From positions 339 to 64,338 of the forward strand of contig LCKI01000001.1 in the NCBI GenBank assembly GCA_001001345.1: a stretch of 64,000 nt of DNA, written 5' to 3'. This document shows positions 48,340 through 55,533 of this stretch, one piece after another. The stretch is from Parcubacteria group bacterium GW2011_GWC1_45_14 (GTDB lineage Bacteria; Patescibacteriota; Minisyncoccia; Moranbacterales; GWC2-37-73). The first letter of the stretch is position 1; every line of letters starts with the position of its first letter. The translations under genes were made by a program, and so were the position numbers. The notes beneath the pieces were generated by a model that ran no database searches, was not told the DNA's origin, and was given only the letters and a program-made list of their open reading frames with translations.

Positions 48340-48918
48340 ATGTTGGAAACAATAAAGAGAATAAGGGAAAGGACCGGAGCCGGAGTCGTGAATATTAAAA
48401 AAGCTCTCGACGAGGCCCAAGGAAATGAAGACAAGGCCATTGAAATCCTCAGAAAACAAGGAGAGGGAAAGGCTCTTAAAAAGGCTGACCGCGAAGCCAA
48501 GGAAGGCGTAGTGGTTTCCTATATCCACTCAAACAACAGGGTCGGAGCATTGCTCAAGCTTCTTTGCGAAACCGATTTCGTCGCCAGGAACACCGAGTTT
48601 CAGGAATTGGCCAAGGATATCGCCATGCACATCACCGCGATGAATCCTCAATTCGTGAAACCGGAGGAGGTCCCATCGGAAGCTGTTGAGAAGGAGAAGG
48701 AAATTTGGAAAGCCCAGCTGGCCACGGAAGGCAAGCCTGAGAATATGATGGAGAAGATCATGGAAGGTAAAGAGAAGAAATTCCGCGAGGAAATCTCCCT
48801 TTTGACCCAGTCGTTCGTCAAAGACCCTTCGGTAAGTATCGGAGAATTGATCAATGAGAAAATCGGGAAAATCGGAGAGAATATCCAGATAGGAGAATTT
48901 GTCCGTTTTGAGTTATAA
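48340..48918 (+). CDS. tsf: Elongation factor Ts (short form)
   Basis: RERTGAG...KKAL, CETDFVARN, LLTQ.FVKD; follows rpsB. Confidence 0.96.
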   Translation: MLETIKRIRERTGAGVVNIKKALDEAQGNEDKAIEILRKQGEGKALKKADREAKEGVVVSYIHSNNRVGALLKLLCETDFVARNTEFQELAKDIAMHITAMNPQFVKPEEVPSEAVEKEKEIWKAQLATEGKPENMMEKIMEGKEKKFREEISLLTQSFVKDPSVSIGELINEKIGKIGENIQIGEFVRFEL

Positions 48919-48961
48919 TACGAAGGAAGGAGGTCTGACTCTTTTTGAATAAGATTCGCTT

Positions 48962-49741
48962 ATGATGAAATATCTGGTGAAAGTGTATAGCTGGGAGAAT
49001 CCCCATTTATGTTATGGTGAAGACGGATTTGAACGAGGAGACAGGGTTGTTTTGAAAAAAGAAGAGTTCCAAAATGAGATAGGCACGGTTGAAACCGTCG
49101 CCGTCGACACCAAAGAGAAACCGGAATGTGCCATTGCCAGAAAAGCTACCGAAAAAGATGTCGAAGTTTTCGAGAAGAATGAGGAGAAGAAAAAAGAGAT
49201 TCTGGGAACATGCAAAGAGGAGGTGAAAAGATTGGGATTGGGGATGAAACTCGTCGATGCCAGGATAAGCCTGGACTCAAGCAATGTCGTCATCGCGTTC
49301 ACTGCCGAAGAGAGGGTGGATTTCCGTGAACTGGTCAAGAACCTTTCCAAGATATTCCGAAGGAGCGTGAGGATGCACCAGATCGGATCTCGTGACGAGG
49401 CCAGGAATCTTGGTGGCTGCGGGGTGTGCGGAAGGGGATTGTGTTGCAAGAGGTTTTCAGGAAGTCTGCCCAGCATTTCGATCGATATGGCGAGGGTCCA
49501 GCAGATCGCGCACCGCGGGAGCGAAAGGATTTCCGGAATTTGCGGAAGATTGATGTGTTGTCTCTCATATGAAGCCAAGCAGTATCAGGAACTCATGGTG
49601 GGAATGCCGGAATTGCACTCTAGCGTGAAGACGCCGGAAGGAAAAGGAACGGTCATTGAATTAAATCCTCTGACGCAGGAAGTAAAGACAAGATTGATTG
49701 ACGGTAAATACGCCACTTTCAAGAAAAAAGACATAAGCTAG
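48962..49741 (+). CDS. ricT: RicT/YaaT (PSP1 C-terminal domain) Fe-S protein
   Basis: RVDFRELV, QIGSRDEA..GG.G.CGR.LCC, ISGICGRLMCCL.YE. Confidence 0.88.
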   Translation: MMKYLVKVYSWENPHLCYGEDGFERGDRVVLKKEEFQNEIGTVETVAVDTKEKPECAIARKATEKDVEVFEKNEEKKKEILGTCKEEVKRLGLGMKLVDARISLDSSNVVIAFTAEERVDFRELVKNLSKIFRRSVRMHQIGSRDEARNLGGCGVCGRGLCCKRFSGSLPSISIDMARVQQIAHRGSERISGICGRLMCCLSYEAKQYQELMVGMPELHSSVKTPEGKGTVIELNPLTQEVKTRLIDGKYATFKKKDIS

Positions 49742-49759
49742 TTAAAAAAACATCAATAC

Positions 49760-50491
49760 ATGCTGTACTATATTGTTCCACCGATAATAATAGTTCTAAG
49801 TCTCGCTTTTTTGATATCCTTCCTTTTTCGGAAGTTTTCAGCGGCTGGACGCGCGAATCTCGATTTGTTGGAGGACATGAATGGTGCCGAAGCGGCTAGA
49901 GCGGGAGGAAGCAGGGTGGGATCTTTTTTTTCACAGTTTTGGTTCCGGATCCTGGAAAGGATGACCCAACATCTGAAACTTCTTTCCTTGAAGATGCATA
50001 ATGCTAGTAACAATTGGTTCCACTCTGTAAGAAACAAGCGCGAAAGGGTTCATATGGCAGAGGTGGAAAGGTCTAATGAGGGCGGCGTGGCTGAGCTAAG
50101 GCAAGAAAGGAAAGATTTTGCCCCAGCTGAAAACATCAAAACCGAGACGGCCAGTGGATCGAACGAAGAGATAGTTATCAGGAGGAAACCCAGGTTGGAA
50201 AATTTTTCCATCAAGCAAAGGATTGTGCGCAAGAGGTTTATGCCCGTGAAAAAAGAGGAACCGGCGAAGCCTGCGCCTATGGAAAAAAACAGACTGGAGG
50301 ACGCGCTCATCAAGAGGATCGCGGTGAACCCCAAAGACATTGAGGCCTACGAGAGACTGGGGGATTATTATTCTGATATAAAGAATTTCAAGGACGCCGT
50401 CGAATGTTACAAGCAGGTTACTAAATTGAGTCCGCGCAACCTTAAAGCGAAGGTTAAACTCAGGAGCCTGGAAAGAATTTTGAAAAGGTGA
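49760..50491 (+). CDS. Membrane-anchored TPR-repeat protein
   Basis: N-terminal TM helix; C-terminal NPKDIEAYERLGDYY...DAVECYKQV..LSP. Confidence 0.8.
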   Translation: MLYYIVPPIIIVLSLAFLISFLFRKFSAAGRANLDLLEDMNGAEAARAGGSRVGSFFSQFWFRILERMTQHLKLLSLKMHNASNNWFHSVRNKRERVHMAEVERSNEGGVAELRQERKDFAPAENIKTETASGSNEEIVIRRKPRLENFSIKQRIVRKRFMPVKKEEPAKPAPMEKNRLEDALIKRIAVNPKDIEAYERLGDYYSDIKNFKDAVECYKQVTKLSPRNLKAKVKLRSLERILKR

Positions 50492-50526
50492 TAGAATGAA
50501 TTTTGTTCGGCTTTGGCCGGATAAGC

Positions 50527-50598
50527 GCCACCCTAGCTCAATGGTAGAGCTACTGTTTTGTAAACAGTGGGTTATCGGTTCAAATCCGGTGGGTGGCT
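50527..50598 (+). tRNA. tRNA-Thr(UGU)
   Basis: GCCACCC/GGGTGGC acceptor stem, ACTGT-TT-TGT-AA-ACAGT anticodon arm, TTCAAAT T-loop; CCA not encoded. Confidence 0.96.
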
Positions 50599-50605
50599 CA
50601 GGAGT

Positions 50606-50682
50606 AGTATTTAGTATTTAGTATTTAGTATTTAGTATTTTTATACCGAATACAAAATACTGTATACAAGATACAGTATTTT
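50606..50682. repeat. (TAGTATT)x5 with complementary AATAC arm between tRNAs
   Basis: Tandem heptamers followed by AATACAA/AATACTG/TATACAA/GATACAG. Confidence 0.75.
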
Positions 50683-50765
50683 GGGTAGTTGGCGGAGTGG
50701 TCAATCGCAGCTGACTGTAAATCAGCCGACTTCGGTCTTCGGGGGTTCGAATCCCTCACTGCCCA
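50683..50765 (+). tRNA. tRNA-Tyr(GUA)
   Basis: GGGTAGT/ACTGCCC acceptor stem, GCTGA-CT-GTA-AA-TCAGC anticodon arm, long variable arm, TTCGAAT T-loop. Confidence 0.96.
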
Positions 50766-50881
50766 CCGCGTAAAATCATGAGCTTTGCGAGTGATTTAAG
50801 CGCCCCGTGATAATTTGCGAAAGCGAATTATTTTACGGGGATATACCATTAAAAATAAGCTCATGATCACGCGGCACGGCC
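50766..50881 (+). repeat. Nested hairpin element overlapping the start of GIY-YIG gene 1
   Basis: CCGCGTAAAATCATGAG...CTCATGATCACGCGG outer stem; inner CCCCGTGATAATT..AATTATTTTACGGGG; homologous to 14568-14686. Confidence 0.85.
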
Positions 50882-51156
50882 GTGAGGGATTCTACTATGT
50901 ATATGTCATAGAAAATGACCATGATTTGAGTTGGTATATTGGATTTACGATTAATTTTGGAAAAAGATTGCAGGAGCACAACTCCGGTAAATCACCGTAT
51001 ACTTCCAGGAAACAGGGAAAACGGAGGGTTATATATGCGGAGTGTTATCTTTCCAAAAAAGATGCGTTGTCAAGGGAGGAATTCTTGAAATCCGGTTCTG
51101 GTAGAAGATTTTTAAAGAACCAATTAAAGAACTACTTGCACGCGACGCCGTTGTAG
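50863..51156 (+). CDS. Stand-alone GIY-YIG nuclease 1
   Basis: YYVYVI...WYIGFT....RL.EHN.G, E..LKSG.GR; stop codon lies inside tRNA-Thr(GGU). Confidence 0.88.
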   Translation: MITRHGREGFYYVYVIENDHDLSWYIGFTINFGKRLQEHNSGKSPYTSRKQGKRRVIYAECYLSKKDALSREEFLKSGSGRRFLKNQLKNYLHATPL

Positions 51157-51415
51157 CTCAGTCGGTAGAGCGTATCCATGGTAAAATTTTGCCCACCGCA
51201 TGGGAAACCAAGCGGTGAATCCCGAATAACGGTTAAAGGCCTCGCATAAGGTTCAGACCGTGGCGTCAGCAAGGCGCCCGAACGACTGACAAGGGGAGCT
51301 GCGTCCGAAAGGATATGCTCAATATACAGTCTAATCCTCTACGATATATGTTTGTTGGAAAAATAGAGGTGTTAAATGAAGGATAAGGTCCGCGGTTCGA
51401 TCCCGCGCAACGGCT
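51147..51415 (+). tRNA. tRNA-Thr(GGU), split by an intron (exons 51147-51182 and 51379-51415)
   Basis: Joined exons give GCCGTTG/CAACGGC acceptor stem, TATCC-AT-GGT-AA-GGATA anticodon arm and CGCGG-TTCGATC-CCGCG T-arm. Confidence 0.92.
51183..51378 (+). ncRNA. Group I self-splicing intron (196 nt, no ORF)
   Basis: 5' exon ends in U, which pairs with G in P1 (GGTAAA/TTTGCC); intron ends in G; P7 GACTG (51284-51288)/CAGTC (51327-51331); P2 CACCGC/GCGGTG; P9 CCTCTA/TAGAGG. Confidence 0.85.
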
Positions 51416-51425
51416 CAGGGAAAAA

Positions 51426-51493
51426 GTAATCAGTAATCAGTAATCAGTAATCAGTAAGCGTTAAACAATAACGAATAACCGATAATTGATAAT
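51426..51493. repeat. (GTAATCA)x4 heptamer element
   Basis: Tandem heptamers followed by AATAAC/GATAAT units. Confidence 0.7.
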
Positions 51494-51505
51494 AAATTTA
51501 TTTTT

Positions 51506-51667
51506 ATGGGACACATCAAGGACACGATGGCGAAGATGCGATGCTCCGAATGCAAGGAGATCAACTATTATTCTTCACGCAACAAGAAGAAAGTGAAGGA
51601 GAAACTTGAGATGAACAAGTATTGCAAGAGATGCCAGAAGCATACGCTTCACAAGGAAATGAAATAA
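51506..51667 (+). CDS. rpmG: 50S ribosomal protein L33 (53 aa, absent from the ORF track)
   Basis: [53 protein letters not shown]; usual position between tRNA-Thr and tRNA-Trp. Confidence 0.95.
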   Translation: MGHIKDTMAKMRCSECKEINYYSSRNKKKVKEKLEMNKYCKRCQKHTLHKEMK

Positions 51668-51717
51668 CCTGTCAGTCGCGACTGACGGGTTAAACCCGTT
51701 GCTCGCGAGCGACGGGT
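51667..51717. repeat. Two 24-nt TCGCGA-centred palindromes upstream of GIY-YIG gene 2
   Basis: ACCTGTCAGTCGCGACTGACGGGT (51667-51690) and ACCCGTTGCTCGCGAGCGACGGGT (51694-51717). Confidence 0.85.
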
Positions 51718-51733
51718 TAGCTCCTTCTGACTT

Positions 51734-51982
51734 ATGCATTACGTCTATCTTCTTAAATTGGAAAACACCAAAAAGAATTTTTATATTGGTTGTACTTCTG
51801 ATTTGAAGAGGCGTTTACGTGAGCATCAGTCTGGGAATACTCAAACGACAAAAGGAAAAAATCCCAAACTTATCTATTATGAAGCATTTTCCGATAAGGA
51901 TTTGGCTCAAAAAAGAGAAGAGGGATTGAAAACAAGCGGATCCGTTTATAATGCGCTGATAAGAAGGTTGGGATTAAGATAA
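51734..51982 (+). CDS. Stand-alone GIY-YIG nuclease 2
   Basis: HYVYLL...FYIGCTSDL.RRL.EH..G, YYEAF, A..RE..LK. Confidence 0.9.
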   Translation: MHYVYLLKLENTKKNFYIGCTSDLKRRLREHQSGNTQTTKGKNPKLIYYEAFSDKDLAQKREEGLKTSGSVYNALIRRLGLR

Positions 51983-51986
51983 GATT

Positions 51987-52055
51987 GCGGGCATCGTATA
52001 GTGGTAATACGGCGGTCTCACCAGTCAGTCGCGACTGACGGGTGTCTCCAAAACC
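51987..52055 (+). pseudogene. tRNA-Trp 5' fragment interrupted by a 24-nt palindrome
   Basis: 33 nt identical to the tRNA-Trp 5' end, then ACCAGTCAGTCGCGACTGACGGGT flanked by a GTCTC duplication, then CAAAACC; no T-arm. Confidence 0.85.
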
Positions 52056-52087
52056 TCCATTTTTAAAAATTGTGATTATATAAGTCT

Positions 52088-52158
52088 GCGGGCATCGTAT
52101 AGTGGTAATACGGCGGTCTCCAAAACCGTTAACGTGGGTTCGATTCCTACTGCCCGTG
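52088..52158 (+). tRNA. tRNA-Trp(CCA)
   Basis: GCGGGCA/TGCCCGT acceptor stem, GCGGT-CT-CCA-AA-ACCGT anticodon arm, TTCGATT T-loop. Confidence 0.95.
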
Positions 52159-52220
52159 CAATAAAATAAAACAGGTACTTATTCAAATAAGCACCTGTTT
52201 TATTTTATTTGTATTGATGC

Positions 52221-52356
52221 GTAGGAATCGAAGGGTATTTCAAAAAGGCAAACTGCTTTGCGTTTTTGAAAACCCAGGCTTTGAAGGAGGAAATGAGGCA
52301 TGTGCTTGCAAAGCACGCCGAATGACGGGTGAAAAGGATTCCTACTGCCCGTGCAA
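52221..52356. repeat. Structured element bounded by inverted and direct copies of the tRNA-Trp 3' end
   Basis: GTAGGAATCGAA (52221-52232) is the reverse complement of the T-arm; GATTCCTACTGCCCGTGCAA (52337-52356) equals 52142-52161. Confidence 0.8.
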
Positions 52357-52422
52357 ATTAATGAAAAAACGCTTATTTAGGGCGTTTTTTTGTATCTTCT
52401 ACTTCTATAATATTTTTTAATA

Positions 52423-52451
52423 TTGACAATTTTTTTAAAACCTTGTATATT
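52423..52451 (+). promoter_or_regulatory. sigma70-type promoter of the radical SAM operon
   Basis: TTGACA-17 nt-TATATT. Confidence 0.7.
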
Positions 52452-52497
52452 TTCATGAAAGTTTTGTTCCTTAAACAATTTCGAGAGGAGAAGCGCC

Positions 52498-53496
52498 ATG
52501 CCTAAAAATAGCTTTTATTTTCAGTGGCATATCACTGATTTTTGCGGCAATCGTTGCACACATTGTTATTTGAATGATTTCAATAAAACCAAGGTCTCCT
52601 TACGAACAGCGCGAAAGATCATGGATGACATGCAAGATTGTTGTAGTGAGCTTGATGCTGAAACAATCTTATCCATAACTGGAGGTGATCCACTTACTCA
52701 TCCAAACATTTGGGAAATTCTTGAGCAGGCGAGAAAATTTGTTCGCAAGTTGGCTGTTTTGGGAAATCCCGAGTTACTTAATGAAAAAAGTATAGGGAAG
52801 CTACAGAGTATAGGAATTGATTGGTATCAAGTTTCCCTGGATGGCTTACAGCAAACCCATGACAAAATTCGTAGTCCGGGAAGTTTTCAAAGAACCGTTG
52901 GTGGCATTAGGAGATTGGTAGATGCGGGCATTACGGTTGTTGTGAATTCGACCATTTCGGATTTGAATCTTAATGAAATGTCGGATGTCATGAGGTTGTG
53001 CTATAACTTGGGTGTTGGAAAATGGTCGTTTGCTCGTTATGTTCCAAATAGTGGAACGTGCGGACTAACAGCCAGGGAATATAACAATTTCCTGAAAGAA
53101 GTGTATCGTGAATCAATTGATCTAGCGGGAGAAAAATCAACCTTCATTTCAGGGGATTCCCTGATGAATTCTGCTATTGATAGACCTCAAGATTGTGATA
53201 GTATTGTAGGAGGATGTGCGCTCGGTGGCTCCGCAATGTGCATATTGCCTGATAATACTGTTATGTCTTGTCGTAGACACAAGGAAAGTTCCTTGGGCAA
53301 ATGGATGAAAAAGGGCGATTTATTGGAACTTTTTCTTTTTCATCCAAAAATGCAAGAGTATCGGAAAACAGAGTTGATTGAAGGATGTGGAAAATGTGCA
53401 TTTAGGTTTCAGTGTCGCGGATGTCGTGCATTAGCACTTGCTCAAAGCGGAAACACATTTGGGAAAGATCCCCAATGTGTCATTACTGACAGCTAA
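52498..53496 (+). CDS. Radical SAM/SPASM-domain protein (putative peptide maturase)
   Basis: QWHITD.CGNRCTHC (CxxxCxxC), TGGDP, QVSLDG, SPASM cysteines GC..G...C, SCRR, CGKC....CRGCRA, DPQC; SD GAGGAG. Confidence 0.92.
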   Translation: MPKNSFYFQWHITDFCGNRCTHCYLNDFNKTKVSLRTARKIMDDMQDCCSELDAETILSITGGDPLTHPNIWEILEQARKFVRKLAVLGNPELLNEKSIGKLQSIGIDWYQVSLDGLQQTHDKIRSPGSFQRTVGGIRRLVDAGITVVVNSTISDLNLNEMSDVMRLCYNLGVGKWSFARYVPNSGTCGLTAREYNNFLKEVYRESIDLAGEKSTFISGDSLMNSAIDRPQDCDSIVGGCALGGSAMCILPDNTVMSCRRHKESSLGKWMKKGDLLELFLFHPKMQEYRKTELIEGCGKCAFRFQCRGCRALALAQSGNTFGKDPQCVITDS

Positions 53497-53519
53497 TAGC
53501 TGGGAAAGGAGAATGAGTG

Positions 53520-53639
53520 ATGCCTAAGCGGAAAAAAGCGAATGTGGCAGCTGCCAAAAAAGAATTGCAGCGGCAAGGGTTCATTTCCAAGGCTTCGGCC
53601 GAAACTTGCGCCATCTGCACCGGCATGGATGGGGACTAG
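53520..53639 (+). CDS. 39-aa putative RiPP precursor peptide (absent from the ORF track)
   Basis: MPKRKKANVAAAKKELQRQGFISKASAETCAICTGMDGD; SD AAGGAG 8 nt upstream; 23 nt after the rSAM stop; terminator follows. Confidence 0.72.
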   Translation: MPKRKKANVAAAKKELQRQGFISKASAETCAICTGMDGD

Positions 53640-53657
53640 GAAGCATTCTGGTCTCAA

Positions 53658-53695
53658 GACGGGAGAGGAGGCAAATGCTTCTTCTCCCGTTTTTT
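53658..53695 (+). terminator. Intrinsic terminator after the peptide gene
   Basis: GACGGGAGAGGAGGCA-aa-TGCTTCTTCTCCCGTT followed by a T-tract. Confidence 0.8.
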
Positions 53696-53715
53696 ATTAA
53701 TACTTCAGTATCAAT

Positions 53716-54309
53716 ATGAATAAAAAATATTTAAAAGTTGAAAGTTTTTATAATTCTAACTCCCAAGGTTATGCGGAAAATTCGGCAGTTATTTTGCGTG
53801 AACAGGTAGGATATTTTCTTTCTAGTATTCCTGATAATGGTCGTATTCTAGATGCCGGTTGTGGTCCTGGTCATGATACGGAATTTTTTTCAAGAAAAGG
53901 ATTTGACACTACAGGTATAGACTTCTCTGTCGAGATGATTGAATTTTGTCGAAAACATAGAAAGGGTGGCGTTTTTAGAAAGATGAATATGTTAGATATG
54001 GGCAGGAATTTTCCCAGAAATTATTTTGATGGAATCTGGATGTCGTCATCAATTACGCATCTGGAAGACAGGGATATTATTAAAGTATTAAAACAAGCAA
54101 AGAACATTCTCTTGGAAAATGGAACGTTGGCAATTATTATAAAAAGAAAGTTCAATAATAAATTGCAGCCAAGAGAAATATTATTCAGGCAATTTTATAA
54201 AAAAGAAATCATAAGTCTATTAAAATTGTCGGGTTTTTCAAAAATTAAATTAACAGATTTTGAAGCTTTGAATAAGAAATGGCTTTTTGTTCTTGCGAAT
54301 AAAGCTTAA
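53716..54309 (+). CDS. Class I SAM-dependent methyltransferase
   Basis: ILDAGCGPG, GIDFS..M, FDGIW...S..H. Confidence 0.9.
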   Translation: MNKKYLKVESFYNSNSQGYAENSAVILREQVGYFLSSIPDNGRILDAGCGPGHDTEFFSRKGFDTTGIDFSVEMIEFCRKHRKGGVFRKMNMLDMGRNFPRNYFDGIWMSSSITHLEDRDIIKVLKQAKNILLENGTLAIIIKRKFNNKLQPREILFRQFYKKEIISLLKLSGFSKIKLTDFEALNKKWLFVLANKA

Positions 54310-54458
54310 TTCTTTTTATAATTTTCTTAATAGGCTGTTTGCGCGCTGCAATCTGACATCGATTCTGTCCCAATTTTCCAAAATATTGTTCCTAGTCGTA
54401 TCCATAGCCCGTGCAAACAGTAAAAATGCCTTTATATGGGCATTTTTGCGTTTTAGTC

Positions 54459-54487
54459 TTGACATAAACAAAAAATAGGAGTATAAT
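54459..54487 (+). promoter_or_regulatory. sigma70-type promoter
   Basis: TTGACA-17 nt-TATAAT, exact consensus. Confidence 0.85.
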
Positions 54488-54553
54488 ATATGGTCATGGA
54501 AATGACGATTTATAGTTTACTTAACCACGCACCTTAAAAAAAGGAGGAAGTGA

Positions 54554-55381
54554 ATGAAAGTGGAACTGCAAGAACAGGTCAGGAAGCTGGAGAAGGATAT
54601 CCGCCTGAAATCCGCTGAAGCCGCAAGAATTTCGGAGGAAAACGAAATTATCCGTGCGGAGGACGGACGTTTGCGTGAAACCATGAATTTTCGGGAACGC
54701 AATCTTGGCGGCTGGTTTGGCGGCGACAGGAATAAGGTGGCGAGGGTTCGCGAGCTTGAAATGAAATCCGCAGAACTTGATTCGCAGGCAAGCAATTTGG
54801 GGCAAGAGGCAGAAAAGTGCGAGAATGACCTGAAAGTCTTCATCGATGCCTATCTTCGGAATTGCGACGCGAGTTATCAGTCACTCGTCCAGCCTTACGA
54901 TAGGGCTGTCGAGATGAAAAAAGCCATCGCTGTTTTTCTGGAAAAAATCGACATCGCGCTTTCTGAAATCGGCGACGCGCAAGGAATGGAAACGATCGAT
55001 CTCTTAAGTAGCAACAAGGGGATAGCGGCTCTCTCTTACATGGAGAATTCCGAAGCAAGTGATGCGATCGACGAGGTCCGTGCGGCTGTGAAAATTTTCC
55101 AAGAGGCCGTTATCGCTTATAAGGATTCTTCTGGAGGTTTCCAGTCTTCCAAGATTGAAACGGAGATAGGCGACGGTATCGATCTCGTATTCGATTTCGC
55201 CTTGGAAGGTTTCGACTTCATGAGTATCTTCACCCTTTCCGCGTTAGGCGATGCGGAAGACGAATTGAGCGATGTTCGTGAAAAAGTGAACAAGTTTGAT
55301 GAAATCTTCTCCGATTATTTCGCAAAGATGGAGGAAGCCGTTACTTCCTATATCCGCAATGTCAGAGTTTCCTGCGCTTGA
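54554..55381 (+). CDS. Hypothetical coiled-coil protein
   Basis: SD AAGGAGG, own promoter and terminator, helical heptad pattern. Confidence 0.8.
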   Translation: MKVELQEQVRKLEKDIRLKSAEAARISEENEIIRAEDGRLRETMNFRERNLGGWFGGDRNKVARVRELEMKSAELDSQASNLGQEAEKCENDLKVFIDAYLRNCDASYQSLVQPYDRAVEMKKAIAVFLEKIDIALSEIGDAQGMETIDLLSSNKGIAALSYMENSEASDAIDEVRAAVKIFQEAVIAYKDSSGGFQSSKIETEIGDGIDLVFDFALEGFDFMSIFTLSALGDAEDELSDVREKVNKFDEIFSDYFAKMEEAVTSYIRNVRVSCA

Positions 55382-55533
55382 TCGCTCAGGAAAAACATGC
55401 GACCCGTCACTTATCCAAGTGGCGGGTCGTTTTTAATTTCATTCGCTTCGGTTTTGGTATTTTTCAAAAATATAGGGAATCGGGATTTTTCGTGATAAAA
55501 TAATGGGGTAATAATCAGTCTGGTAAATTATAT

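Noticed and set aside
50606-51493. Tandem repeats near the tRNAs as a possible CRISPR array
   Set aside because: Units are 7 nt with no unique spacers, and no cas genes are in the window.
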